Shown here: one piece after another, positions 1 to 13,320 of the stretch
How the letters are laid out: every line of letters starts with the position of its first letter
Position numbering within the stretch: position 1 is the stretch's first letter
Position numbers and translations under genes: made by a program
Assembly (NCBI GenBank): GCA_951406725.2
Contig: OX597814.1
Span: forward strand, 197,346,001-197,410,000
Length of the DNA: 64,000 nucleotides
Direction: 5' to 3'
Source of the DNA: Octopus vulgaris
Lineage: Eukaryota
The notes under the pieces: generated by a model
The model's database searches: none
The model's input: only the letters and a program-made list of their open reading frames with translations
What the model was told of the DNA's origin: nothing

Positions 1-358
1 GACAAACGGATTAAGTCGATTATATCGACCCCAGTGAGTAACTGGTACTTATTTAATCGACCCCGAAAGGATGAAAGGCAAAGTCGACCTCGGCGAAATT
101 TGAACTCAGAACGTAGAGGCAGACGAAATACCTATTTCTTTACTACCCACAAGGGGCTAAACACAGAGGACAAACAAGGACAGACAAACGGATTAAGTCG
201 ATTATATCGACCCCAGTGAGTAACTGGTACTTATTTAATCGACCCCAAAAGCACGAAAGGCAAAGTCAACCTCGGCGGAATTTGAACTCTGAACGTAACG
301 GCAGACGAAATACTGCTACGCATTTCGCCCGGCGTGCTAACGTTTCAGCCAGCTCGCT
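1..358 (-). mobile_element. SINE family A (tRNA-like head, GCCTTTCATCCTTTCGGGGTCGATAAA central domain); one full copy plus a tandem 3' unit running off the window edge
   Basis: Reverse complement matches the plus-strand copies at 39359 and 55358; 182-bp period (gacaaacggatt at 1 and 183). Confidence 0.9.
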
Positions 359-963
359 GACTACCAGCAGGCTTCTTACCACACAGCCACTCCTGCGCAT
401 AGTATACATACGCACATATGTATATTATTAAAAAAAAAATTTTCTGGCTTATGTAATTGGACGGCATCTTTGTTGTGGTACTGACCTGAAAACAGTACCC
501 GATGCCATAGTTTCCAGTGAATGTACGAATGTGATATTTATATCGACCCATTGTTGTCGAATCATTTCGCTTTGATTTTAGACACGAGACCGATCATTTC
601 ATTCATTTTGAAATAACTATATTGTTTTACAGACAGACATTGATAGGCATTTAAATGAAAAGAATGCATGCATTTAAGTCTGTGTATGTGTCTGTCTCTG
701 TGTAGCCCGCTAAAATATGTTTGTGAGTTGTGCAGCAAACTATCTTCTGTATAACTATGACAGCACATCTCCTTCACTCTATTTATATCTGTCTATGTGT
801 GTGTGTTTGTTTTTTGTAGAGTGAGTCTGAACAAGGAATCCGACATGTCGACAGTTTGATTGGATTGTGTATTTGTAAATCTAACTTCGGTTTCATGACT
901 GGCAGCAAATACAGACATGTGCGTGGAAAGCAGCAGCAAGTGGATCATTCACACAAGCACATA

Positions 964-1020
<57 letters not shown>

Positions 1021-1084
1021 AATAAAATAAAACATATGCATATCTATAAACATATATGTACGTACCTACCTCTACATGTACATA

Positions 1085-1272
1085 TACACGCATATATGAG
1101 TACAGGACACCAAAAAGACGTCGAACACAATGAGAAACGAAAACATAGGCACAAACCGAAGGAACTGGACATTTTTTTAAACAACAAAAAAATAGATTAC
1201 AGGACAATTAACACAAAGAAAAAACCCCTTCTTCAGTCGCTATGGTTTCATCTACTCTACGTTTCGAAGAAT
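1085..1272. mobile_element. Small interspersed repeat fragment between TA-rich tracts, possibly a Penelope-like terminal fragment
   Basis: A-rich segment with cccttcttcag...cgtttcga layout similar to 14750-14800. Confidence 0.35.
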
Positions 1273-1309
1273 ATACAAGAATATACATATATATACACGT
1301 ATATACAAT

Positions 1310-1471
1310 AGGCGCAGGAGTGGCCGTGTGGTAAGTAGCTTGCTTACCAACCACATGGTTCCGGATTCATCCCCACGTGGCACCTTGGGCAAGTATCTTC
1401 TACTATTGGCTCCGGCCGACCAAAGCCTTGTGAGTGGATTTGGGAGACAGAAACTGAAAGAAGCCCGTCGT
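1310..1471 (+). mobile_element. SINE family B, 5' half (tRNA-like head plus CORE-like ACCTTGGGCAAG block), ending in (TA)n
   Basis: Matches 12089-12250; A-box-like TGGCCGTGTGG and B-box-like GGATTCATCCC. Confidence 0.9.
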
Positions 1472-3139
1472 ATATATATATATATATATATAAACACGAT
1501 TATACATATATAAACATGTATGTATTTATATGTATACATATAAACACGTAAACATATGTGTATATACACATCTACACATATATATACATGTGTGTGTTTG
1601 TGATACATGTCTGTATGTATATGTGTGCGTTTATGTATATATATATATATATATATTCGACAATAATATTAAGGATTGGCCTTAATAGGCCATTCAACTC
1701 ACTAAAACGAGCAGCTAAACTCAAACCGCTAAATGGTAGTAATTCAGAAATCAAAGGAAAATTAAAAACATTTACCCTAATCATCTTTGGACAATGCATT
1801 GTTTCGACGTACTTTTTGGTAAACCAGCCTAATTAAATTAAATTAAATTTAATCAAGTCAATTTACCACAGGCCCGTCTCATCGGCAAAGAAGCCAGGAG
1901 GAATAAATATTCCACGAGGCAACAGCATCGATAAATATATATATATATATAGATATATATATATATGGATATGTATGTCTATATACATACATATGTATGC
2001 ATTAATAAAGAGAGTCATGCACACAGCTTTCATGGCGTGTTGTTCCTTTCACCAGTAGATCACAACTACTTCGACACTTAGTTTCCTCTCATAAACGCCA
2101 CCGCCCACTCCAGATGCATTGAACAACATCGTTGATGTCAATGAACATCCGCATTCTTTAGGCATTCGCTTTCGCCTGTTTTTTTTTATTTCCGTTATCC
2201 ACACATTCTCCAAGCCAAACCGGCTGTTGAAACACTAAGAGTCTTTGTGAACAATATTTTCAATAGAAATTCCGTATCGAGATTGTTTCGAGAGGAATCC
2301 CTCAGTGACAGGTTGACTGACAAGATCGGCAAACGATGTCAAAAACGTTTCGTGCTAGACATAATATCGGTGAATTTGTTTCTGTTAACTTTCTCGAGCG
2401 ATAGCGACCAGTCGGTCGTGATAAAATTGTGATTTATTTTGTCAGTTGAGATTATCGTGCTTTCTGTATAGAGAATTGAATCTACCTATTCATTCATTGG
2501 ATTACCGTGAATTTGACAGTGTACTATTCTTCAGACCGTTGTACTTATCACGTTATCACGGAGATGACTGAGTCTCACACAGTGTTGGCCATATGAAAGA
2601 TTTCCGCATAGTTTTCTCTTGTAATGCTTAGGGCGACTCACGAATATGATAGAAAACATAGCTTTAAGGACTTGCAATGTGTATAGTATATTCTTGTTTA
2701 CAATACGAATTTTTTGTCACAGCAATATGAGATTTTGGCTTTATCTGAAACCAATTGAAAAGACCCAGAAACGAGAAGAGGAAAATATGTGAGATATATA
2801 TGGATTGATATTTTGGAATTTATCTTCATGAAAATGTTTGCTATGGGAATGAAGTGAAAGAAAATAATGACGGTAGTTACAGAATCACAAGTACTTATTT
2901 TTATGCTGTGCTGACATTAATGTTTCGTACTTCCATGAATACACACAGGGAATGAAAAGAATATCAAAGTTTGGTGTCGAAAATATTGTTAATATTCCCA
3001 GTTTTGAAGACTTTGTGGAAATTGTTAAGAGGAGAACCGAGGGAGGAAACTTTTACAAGCTGTGTATGGCGATTTCGCAAAAACACCTGCAGATGTGACG
3101 TTTTGATTTTCCTTCTTTTTTAATAATAGCTTCATATAA

Positions 3140-3440
3140 AGGCACGTGACCTAGTTGTTAGGGCTTTGTATTCACAATCGCTAAGTCGCAGGTTCGATTT
3201 CCGGACCAGGTGATGCATTGTGTTTTGGAGCAATACACTTCATTTCACGTCGCTCCAGTCCACTGAGCCAGCTGTAAATGGGTGACCCTGCGATGGACTG
3301 GTCTTCTGATCAGGGAAAATGTTCGCTTGTTCGCCTGGCCAGCGGGGTGACATCATTCGAAAGCTAAAACTATGCAAAGGGCATTGTCACCAGTGATTAT
3401 AGCAACATCCGATAACCTGGTCAATCACGTGATCATGTGA
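3140..3440 (+). mobile_element. tRNA-derived SINE family C, decayed
   Basis: GGTTCGATTTCC B-box; body matches 61995-62255; tail matches fragments at 19537-19650 and 22058-22162. Confidence 0.75.
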
Positions 3441-3644
3441 AGAATATCTTCATAATCCATTTCGTGAAAGTGTAAGAAATAGAATTCAGGCATAAATGTT
3501 ACTCGTAACCCTTAATTAATCACCGTAATGTGGGTATCTTTAGACGTTACTGGGCCGAAATGCAATTTTATGCATTTTGCAATCATCAAACTAGGATATA
3601 TGAAAGCATTATTTTAATGAGAGTAAAAAGCATTGAGGTGATAG

Positions 3645-4070
3645 AATCGTTAACATTCCAAGTGAAATGCTTACCGTGATTTCGTCTGCCGCTACGTTCT
3701 GAGTCCAAATACCGTCGAGGCCGACTTTGCTTTTCATCATTTCGGAGTGGATAAATTAAGTACCAGTGAAGTACTGGAGTCGATGTATTTGTCCCCCTCC
3801 CCACAAAAATCCAGGCCTTGTGTCTATAGTAGAGAGGATGATTATTATTATTATCGTTAGCACGCACAGCGAAATGCTCAGAGACATTTCGTCTGCTACT
3901 ATACGTTCTGAGTTCAAATTCCGTCGGCGTCGACTTTGCCCTTCATCCTTTCGGGGTCGATAAATTAAGTACCAGTTACGCACTGGGATCGATGTAATCG
4001 ACTTAATCCGTGTGTCTGTCCTTGTTTGTCCTATCTGTGTTTAGCCCCTCGTGGGCAGTAAAGAAATAAG
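3645..4070 (+). mobile_element. Two adjacent SINE family A copies (~3645-3835 and ~3855-4070)
   Basis: Both contain ttcgtctgc..acgttctgagt.caaat and gactttgc..ttcatc..ttcgg. Confidence 0.85.
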
Positions 4071-4084
4071 AACATACCTTTTCT

Positions 4085-4240
4085 TTGTGCTTCAGATGAG
4101 ACCAAACTCTGCAAGGCGTACAAAGATGAGTGGAACACTGTGCTATACTCATTCTTCTGTTGTGATCGAAAACATAAAATGCAAAGGTGCCCAAGCATGG
4201 CCACAGCCTTTTGGGTCGAAACTGATAAAAGAATAAAATT
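4085..4240 (+). mobile_element. Decayed 3' end of a CR1-group LINE
   Basis: ggtgcccaagcatggccacagcc...gaaactg matches the LINE tail at 60638-60680. Confidence 0.55.
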
Positions 4241-5352
4241 ATAGTAATTTCAATGAGGCACATTCTCACTCCTGAAGGTAACTGTTCAGGTTAATGTATG
4301 CAGCCTGTCTCAGTACTGTGTTCAAAACTCACAAAAATAATACTTATAAACACATGCATAGAGGAAATATGTGATATAATACATATATGCAATAACGCAG
4401 AGGTTATATGAAATAATACATATATATAACATATGGTATAATTATAAACAGGGCAAGTTTTAGTCATTTCTTCGCAGACTAAAAAAAAAAAGATGAACAA
4501 CCTCTATCGAATTTCGAACCCACAAATACATTAGATGAAATGACAAAATGGTTTGTCAGATAAATTCGTTCATATTTTTCCTACGTAGCACTACGTGGTC
4601 ATGTGACTGAAAAAAGTAAAATTTATTCTAATTTCAAAAATAGTTACCACTACACAACCATGAATCACACAGATAGAAATATTTTTCATATTAATTCAAG
4701 TAACAGGAGAAAGGATTATAATACATAGGAAAAAATATCTTCAGAAAAATGAAAACGAGCGAATTTAGCTGACAACCAATGCATAAGAAAATATAGAAAA
4801 AAGAAGACTAACTGATTTATTTGACAACCAATACAAATACATAGGTAAGTATATACATTGAAATATATACACCAGTAAAACGTGATTGTAAATTCAGTTA
4901 AACGGAACACCTAAACGAGAATATATTCCGTATGAAAACAGCGTCGAAAGAAATCATTGTGATACAAGAGGCTAAGGTAAATATAAGATTTATTGGATAG
5001 TTATTGTGAACTATACCCGCAGAGGAAAATATAGGATTTTAGTTGATTACTCCAGTGGTTCATTTAATTATGACAGTAGTTGCCATTCTTTTCATCGATT
5101 AATTTTGAAATTACTCGGCCTTGGGTATTCACTAATTAAGTTATTTTCAACGTGGTTGTCATAATTTGACTCTGCTGTATCGTTTCTGCTCAGAAAGATA
5201 TTGTTAAGGAATCAAAAATAGAAAGAAAGAATCTACGGAGTCTAAGTTGCAGTAATTTTTGACTGCCTTGGAAAGCAACGGTGATTTGGTATATTATAGA
5301 AATACGAATTAAAGAGTGTGAAACTGCTGTTGTTACATATTTAGGTCACAGA

Positions 5353-5535
5353 AGGCAGCGAGCTAGCAGCATCATTCATACGAAGGACATAATATTACTT
5401 AGAAATAATTTTTTTGGCATCACGTTCTGGGTTCAAATTTCGCCGAGGTCGGTCGACTTTCATCTTTTCATTTTCGTAGGGTCTATAAAATAAATGGCAG
5501 TTGATCATTGGGAACGATGTAATTGACTGGTCCCT
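5353..5535 (+). mobile_element. Decayed SINE family A
   Basis: acgttctgggttcaaatttcgccgaggtcg...cttttcattttcgtagggtctataaa. Confidence 0.75.
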
Positions 5536-6129
5536 CACTATATATTTTATGCATATGTTTGTGTGTACGTGTATCATCATGCTGTAAATAGCAGTTGGAT
5601 ATCCTTTAAATACGACTCAGTCGCTTGAAAAGTTGACGGACACATTAGAGAAATGTTCGTAAAAAGATGGACTGCTGTTGTAAGGATGTTGAGAGTCCAT
5701 GGAGCCGTGCTGGTGTAGCCGGTCAATGTGAAATTAAGGAAAAAGGTAAGGTAAATACGGACAAAAGAAAATGAAAAAACAAAAGGAAAAATAGAAAGCC
5801 GACAGGTTAAATAAAAACCCCAAAGGTTTATATTACATTAGCTAATTTTTAAATAAAAATTTCATTCGACTTCACTCGATTTCATTGTACCGTATTAATA
5901 ATTTCATATCGTGTTTGTAATTCCGTCCCTTTGTGGTGGCTGTCCTTGTTTTGTCCCCTCTATGTATGCCCCTATAGGTGAATAAAGAAATACGGACACA
6001 TTAGAAAATGTACTCCTGAATACACCACATCTGAAAGAAAATTGGGGGTGGCCTATAGCAAGACTGGAACGCCTTTTTATCCTAAGATTGCATGATCAGT
6101 GTTTAAAGCCATTTTCAGACAATAATAAT

Positions 6130-6340
6130 AACGGTTTCAAATTTTGACATAAGGCCAGGAATTACGAGGTAGGTGGATAAGTCTATTAGATCGACACCAG
6201 TGCTTAACTGGTACTCATTTTATTGACCCCGAAAGAATGAAAGACGATGTCGACCTCAGCGGAATTCGATCGCAGAACATAAAGACAGACGAAATTCTTC
6301 TAAGCATTTTTCCCGGTGCGCTAACGACTCGCCGCCTTAG
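6130..6340 (-). mobile_element. Decayed SINE family A
   Basis: ctggtactcattttattgaccccgaaagaatgaaag...gtcgacctcagcggaatt. Confidence 0.8.
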
Positions 6341-6694
6341 TATTAATAAAATCCTTTTTGCTTGTTCCAGTCATCTCGAGTTGAACAGACGTGTTTTTTT
6401 CTGCTGTGAAGTTAAATACTTGTTGGTTTTACTTTGTTGTAGGCTTTCCTTTTGGGATTGCCTTTTGTTTTCTATTGTTTTTGTGTCTTTTTGGTGCTCT
6501 ACCTGCGTTTGCAGGCTTGTATTTATGGCTGGGTTTTTCCCCCCATTTAGGGACGAAATTTGTATTTTATGCGGAGTATGGACAACTTCACGGAGCATTC
6601 GTCTGAACTGGAGTGCGACTTAACAGAAGCTCAAAACAACAAAAGTGGTTACGCGACCATGGCCTAAAGAGGCAGTTACGCGTCAGCAACCTGA

Positions 6695-6870
6695 GTCAAT
6701 AGCTTAGCGGTTTAGCAAAAGAGACCGATAGGATAAGTACCACACTTTAAGAAATAATTTTTTTAAATAAGTATTGGGGTTCACTCATTCGACTAGAAAT
6801 TCTTCAAGGCGGTGCCCCAGCTTGGCCGCAGACTAATGACTGAAACCAGGAAAGGATAAACAATAAGATA
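6695..6870 (+). mobile_element. SINE family B, 3' half
   Basis: ttagcggtttagcaaaagagaccgatagg...ggcggtgccccagc..ggccgcagactaatgactgaaac. Confidence 0.8.
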
Positions 6871-8171
6871 CATTCAGTGATGACATATTTCGTTAAAAAA
6901 AAAAGGCATCTTGAAACATTTAACCAGCAAGTTCTTGTACTTCACTTTTTTTATCGTGATTTTAACTGAAATCTCTCTATTCAACAATATTCTTCGTCTA
7001 ATTAAATTTTCAGATCGATACTTCCTGTGGCGCATCAAGCCATACTTCTACATAAAGATTAACAGTATATGTTAGCATTACAATAGTTAGATAATACCGC
7101 ATTACATTAGATTCTGCTGCATATATATTTATAATATACACACACACATTCACACACATTAGCAACTCGGCAACCATAAGGAACCAAATTTCGTATTAGT
7201 TTCTGATGTAGTAAACCACTTAGCAACATGTTCACTTAACAATTTCATCACGAACCAATGAGAATGCTTTGACTAAAATCTGGAGGGTTCGAGACGAGTG
7301 TACCTCTATGCAGCTGCTCGTATGGCTGGAAATAGCAGTCGGATATTTATAATATCATATATAACTTCCCACAAAAAATGTCATTGTACAATGTACTTCT
7401 TGATGTACGATAGAAAAGTTATTCACGATTAAAGTTGGAGCGCTTTCAACAGACGACTGCAACAAACTAAGCCGAATTTATAATACTTTCTACTAAAGGA
7501 ACAAGGCCTTAATTTTTAGTGGGCAGCAGTCGATTAGATCTACTCCAGTACGCATCTGGAACCTAATTTATCGATTATAATAGACACTTCACCAAGGTGC
7601 TATGATGTGGAATTGAACCAGAAAGCATGTGGTTGGGAAGCAAGCTTCTTAACATATTTCTACGAAGTTCCCTCTTTTGTCTGAAATCGTATGACTTACC
7701 GAGCGTAACGCTTACCATTAGTAAGTCGATTTTGTGACCCCATTTTCATGTTCAGATGGAGTGAATTCTTTTCACTTACGAAGCAACTTTCTTTGAGAAT
7801 GACATATCTTATTCCTTGTCTCTTATCAAATGCGCAGATGTGTTTCTATCTAAGAATTCAATAACGATTAATATCTTTCTCTTTCATTCTTTTTCTGCAT
7901 CTCTTTCTCTCTCTCTGTCTATGGAGAGCCAGGCTTTGTTGTAACGTAAAAGCAGATTCCATATAAACGATGTCTGCGTCCCAATTTCACTTCTATAGAG
8001 AAGCCATTATCTTTGGTACACCACTTAATTCCCTTGGAGTTTTCAAGAATGTCATAAATTCTCAGATTTTTAACTCATAAATCTGAGGACATATGAAAAA
8101 AATCAATAATAGTTAATCACATCGCCCAAAAAATATATAATGAAATTACACACACACACACATAAATATAA

Positions 8172-8226
<55 letters not shown>

Positions 8227-8929
8227 CATTCATTCTAATAGCCACTACTAAATTAGGAAGTGAACTATTTTTGCTATAAAACAAATCAATATTCCAGGAC
8301 TTTGTGACATTTCAGCTGTCAAAAGACAGCCACTGACTTCTGCTGCTCGGTATGAACAAGAGAGATTATCTTGTGTCTGGCGAAACATAAATCATATCAT
8401 GTGCTATTCCATTATGCAATGTTACCGAACTGCTTTTAATGTTATTCATGTTTGAATTAAACTGTCAAAATATAGCATCGGAATGATCAATTAGACGGAC
8501 AATTTGACATCTTTCGCAGCTTCTAGTACTTTGATTTCAGTTAGTCATGTTTGTTTTACACCGTTCTATCCAGATTATGTATTTATAGGTCTTTCATTTA
8601 TCTATTCCTTGATGGATTTGTAATTATATTACTTTGGCTTGGAATTTCTTCCTTCTTTTGTTTTATGATTCTGTCCGGAGTTAATTGTAAAACGTAATAC
8701 TGTATCAAATTAGATTTAATTCAGAACACTGACTTCAACTTTTACATCGTTTTAGTATTATTAGATGCAGATATTCAACACATAACCGCCATATTTGAAT
8801 GATTATATTTTTTTTTTTCTCCCTAGTTTCAGCTCAGAGCTGCGGCCATACTGATGCACCACCGTTAAAAATATATATATATTTAACGACGGTTAAATAT
8901 ATATATATAAAAATATTTAATGGCCGTTT

Positions 8930-8968
<39 letters not shown>

Positions 8969-9671
8969 ATACATGATTCTAGACGTGTTTTTGTATATTC
9001 GAATAATTACAGCCAATGAAAGCGAAAGCTCTCTCAATACCAAATGCAAAGTGTATTTTTTTTTATAATCCTGAAAGCTGCCATCTCCCATCTGGTTATT
9101 CGAATTTCAAATTGCCGATCCTTGGACCAGATGTGTAATGCGGTCTAACAGAACCGTCAGTTTGAATGTAAGAGCATGTGTGTGCTTCGTAATTTATCTT
9201 TTCTATTCTGCCCCTGGTGCATGCTACTGTATTTACGGCTCCGGCTATGTATAGAGGAGAGCCCAAATATATGTATGGGAATACGAGTGCGGTATTTCCT
9301 TATCCACATTTGCGTGGGTGAGTTAATATGTACATGAATAGACATCCTAAAACTCATTGCGCTGTCACCCACACGAAATAAGATAATTAATGTATAGAGC
9401 TGTAAACTAATGGCGTTTTCCATTGAATCATTGACTTAAACTTCCTGTCAAAAACCGCCTGCAACTTTTATTCAACTATTCCTTTAATCGTTTCGTTTAT
9501 TCAAATATGGTCCTGCTGAGGTAACTCCATCAAATATATTGATCACAGTTAATATTTCTGTTTTATACATATTTCACCAAATCACTTTGTCGAAGCGCTT
9601 GCTGGCAGCCCTTAAGCATACGAAAAGCATCGCTCTTTGAAGCAATATAATACAAGCACGATATTAAAATA

Positions 9672-9792
9672 CGGTAATACTTCAATGTACGAAGAAACGC
9701 TTTAGGAAACCCCGGGTTTATGAGTTTTTATAGTTATTGCTTTACGAGTTATTTTCTGGGAACGAATTAACTCGTATATCGAGACATTACTG
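9672..9792. mobile_element. Tc1/pogo (Tigger-like) MITE
   Basis: Imperfect TIRs cggtaatacttcaatgtacga / tcgtatatcgagacattactg with TA on both sides. Confidence 0.6.
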
Positions 9793-11099
9793 TATATACG
9801 TTCCAATTTCTACAATTTGTATTTTTCGTCTTTTAACTTATAATTACTTCATTTATTGAACTCCGGCCATACTTGGGAATTGCCCTGAGGGACTTAATCG
9901 AATACATCGACCCCCAGTATCTATTTTAAAGCCAAGTACTTATATTATATCAGTCACTTTTGTTGAACCGCTATATTAGGGTTCATAAACAAAACAATAC
10001 CGTAAGTTCACCTGGATAAGATTTCAATTCAAAGATCGACATAAGTAATTTCTGTACGGCACCTATTCAAGTGCCTTTATGTATAGTTTCCATAATGATA
10101 GGTAAGAGTGCGCAAATCAGTATCAAAAATTGCAGCCTCGTATCAGTGATGTACACTGAAGCGATAGTCAGTGCATGCAATAGCGGAGATCTGAGCATTG
10201 CGGCATATGACCGGGAGCGAAATTTGCATATGGAGTACAAAGCCAGGTTCTAAATTTTATACAAACAAGGTCGATTTTTTTTTCAATCTTGGTATCAACA
10301 CAAACACTTGTGCAATAATAATAATAATAATAATGATTATTATTATTATATGTGTACATCAACATAATCAGATATATCTAATAATGAAAAAAATATTTCA
10401 AATAAATCCAAAAATATTTCTACGATCGTTCGTTTGCCGAAGATTTTCAGTAGGTTCAGAGCGTTTTAAATGCACACATTTTTATGTACATATATTAGTG
10501 CACTCAATGTCAGATGGTGGTGCTTCATTTTACAACGTAACAAATTTTCATTTTGTACTCCCGAAAGCTTTAGAGGGTGCGCTTGCTCTTCCTACACAAT
10601 CTGTTCCTGAGCCAATGCTTTGTGAGTGTTGCTGGGTACAACACACTAAGAATCTCTCTAGGTTGATCAAATGACCCGTGTTATTACAGAACAATCCGTG
10701 ATAAACGTGACGTGTTTGTATTTGAGCGCACCGTGTCATCACGGATCAGCGATAAATGAATTACTGGAAAAAGAGGCTATTCGTATTTTAATTTCCAAAC
10801 ATATATTCTCTTCTTTAGCTCGAAATATTTTTCAACACAAATCTAAAGATATATTCCCAAAATTAATTAAGAATTACTTCATCCGACTCAACGCATTAAT
10901 ATTTTGCTCTTTTCTGCAAATAATCGCAACGAAAATAGAAATCAAACTATTTTAGAAGTAAATGAGATAAATCGATATACCACAATCATTATGTACTATA
11001 TGTAGAGCTGGAGATCGATTTTACTCTTATCTTTGTTTTATTGCCGATGTGTTTATGGAAGGTTCTTATAAAATTACAGCTGACTGATAAACACACACA

Positions 11100-11107
11100 C
11101 ATGTATG

Positions 11108-11147
<40 letters not shown>

Positions 11148-11395
11148 TGCATGTATCTGTATATGCATATATCTATGTACATATATATGTATATATATAG
11201 ATAGATGCATGTATCTGTATATATATATATATAGATGCATGTATCTGTATATGCATATATCTATGTACATATATATGTATATATATAGATAGATGCATGT
11301 ATCTGTATATATATATAGATAGATGCATGTATCTGTATATACATATATATATATGTACGTATCTATGTATATATATATATGTATATATGTGTGTG
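11100..11395. repeat. TA-derived compound minisatellite (agatgcatgtatctgtata repeated 5 times; ~88-bp higher-order unit)
   Basis: Direct inspection. Confidence 0.85.
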
Positions 11396-11399
11396 TAAC

Positions 11400-11680
11400 A
11401 TTGTCTATCTTTCGTCCTTGTTTTCGTATACATTCGATGCTTTCTTCCAAGGAATCTAATGCTCTTAGCTTAGTTTTTCCTTGGGGCCGGCCATAATGGA
11501 GCAATCTCAAGATTAATCAGCCGAAATTGCGAGGATGATATGGTTCTTGACTGAGGATAGATAGCTTCGAATGACCCGTCCTTGTTTTCTTTGTATCGTC
11601 TATCTGGATGTTTTGTTGTCCCTTTTTGTATCACCTAGTTGTCCGGATGTTTTGCTTTCTTGTCCATTTTTTATTATATA
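11400..11680. mobile_element. Unclassified T-rich repeat fragment between TA tracts (possibly Penelope-like)
   Basis: Complex sequence bounded by microsatellites, with internal ggatgttttg repeats. Confidence 0.3.
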
Positions 11681-11711
11681 TATATAGTTTGTCTGTCTGT
11701 ATAATATATCT

Positions 11712-12040
11712 ACATGGTTCCGGATTCAGTTCTACTACGTGGCACTTTGGTCACGTGACTTCTACTACAGCACTCGGGTCGGTCAAAGCTTTGTGTGGAT
11801 TTGTTTGACATATCTACGCATTTGTGTGTGTGTATACCTATGTTTCTCTCCGCTCAACAACCGGTTTTAGTGTTTACATCGCTTTGACCTAGCGGTTTTG
11901 CAAACGACGACGAACGGGATAATTTTCAGTCTTTAAAATTAAATACGTACTGGGGTTGATTCTTTCTACGAAATTTTTTCAAGGTGGTGCTCCAGTATGA
12001 CCGCATCCTGATCCCTGAAAGAAGTAAAGGATAAAAGATA
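11712..12040 (+). mobile_element. Decayed SINE family B
   Basis: catggttccggattcag...ggtggtgctccagtatgaccgca. Confidence 0.8.
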
Positions 12041-12088
12041 TATATATAGAATACGCATAACAACGACGATTTAAAATATATGGCTATA

Positions 12089-12499
12089 GGCGCAGGAGTG
12101 GTGTGTGGTAAGTAGCTTGTTTACCAACCACATGGTTCCGGGTTCAGTCCCACTGCGTGGCACCTTGGGCAAGTGTCTTCTGCTATAGTCTCGGGCCCAC
12201 CAAAGCCTTGTGAGTGGATGTGATAGACGGAAACTGAAAGAAGCCCGTCATATGTATGTATATATGTGTGTGTGTGTGTGTGTGTGCATGTTTGTGTTTC
12301 TGTGTTTGTCCCCCTAGCATTGCTTGACAACCGATGCTGGTGTGTTCATGTCCCCGTTACTTAGCGGTTCGACAAAAGAGACCGATAGAATAAGTACTGG
12401 GCTTACAAAAGAATAAGTCCCGGGGTCGAGTTGCTCGATTAAAGGCGGTGCTCCAGCATGGCCGCAGTCAAATAACTGAAACAAGTAAAGAGTAAAGAG
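12089..12499 (+). mobile_element. Full-length SINE family B (tRNA head, CORE-like block, internal microsatellite, LINE-derived tail)
   Basis: Best-preserved copy; B-box GGTTCAGTCCC; tail ggcggtgctccagcatggccgcagtcaaataactgaaac plus A/G-rich repeats. Confidence 0.92.
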
Positions 12500-13320
12500 A
12501 TGTATGCATACATTAACTTTCTCTCATTATCTCCCTCGCTATCTATATGTCTGTCTATATCTGTCTGTCTCTCTTTCTGTTTATGTCTCTGTGTCTCTCT
12601 CTGTCTGTGTCTGTCTGTTTGTCTGTCTGTATCTGTCTGTCTGTCTCTGTTCATATATAGCTACATACATATATGCATACAATAATATATATATATTTCT
12701 ATATATATTGACGTATAGGTTACACGGAATGTTATATTTGCGAGACAAAAGCCTATCAGACGGACAGCGCTGATGGCCCAAATTCTAGTATAGCGGATGT
12801 CCAGCTGAGATTCTGGCAGTTCGTGACCTATTCGCTGCAAGAAATTTAGTTTTAAAATGACCGTTTCCACCAGGCCGGAAATAAGTTAAATTGGTCAACC
12901 GAAGAAATCAAACGCCAACAACTTGTATAATGTGACTGAGAAACTTTACTATAATGGATGATTCACGGGGCTCACCAGGTGTTTTTAACTGTACCATGTG
13001 TGTGTGTTTAATATATATATATATATATCTTTGTGTAAGTGTATATAATACGCACACGTATATACTTTTTTTCATGAGCATCATAAATGTTTTCAATGCT
13101 ATACTTTACAAGGAAATATTTTTATACATTTCAAGTTCATAATCTATATAATTATATATATATATACACGCAGCGTTTCTTTATAGAATATAAGTACGGA
13201 GATCAGTCGCCGCGATTTCAATTCTTGCTTTGGGACTGCATGAGACATGGTACGCTGGGCTTTATTTTGGGGCAACCTATAGATCCAGTATTATCATATA
13301 TGAGTGTAGGTGAATATGTA

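Noticed and set aside
1226-1270. Possible permuted (type II) hammerhead, minus strand GAAACGUA...CUGAAGA
   Set aside because: No stem I pairing between the two core segments.
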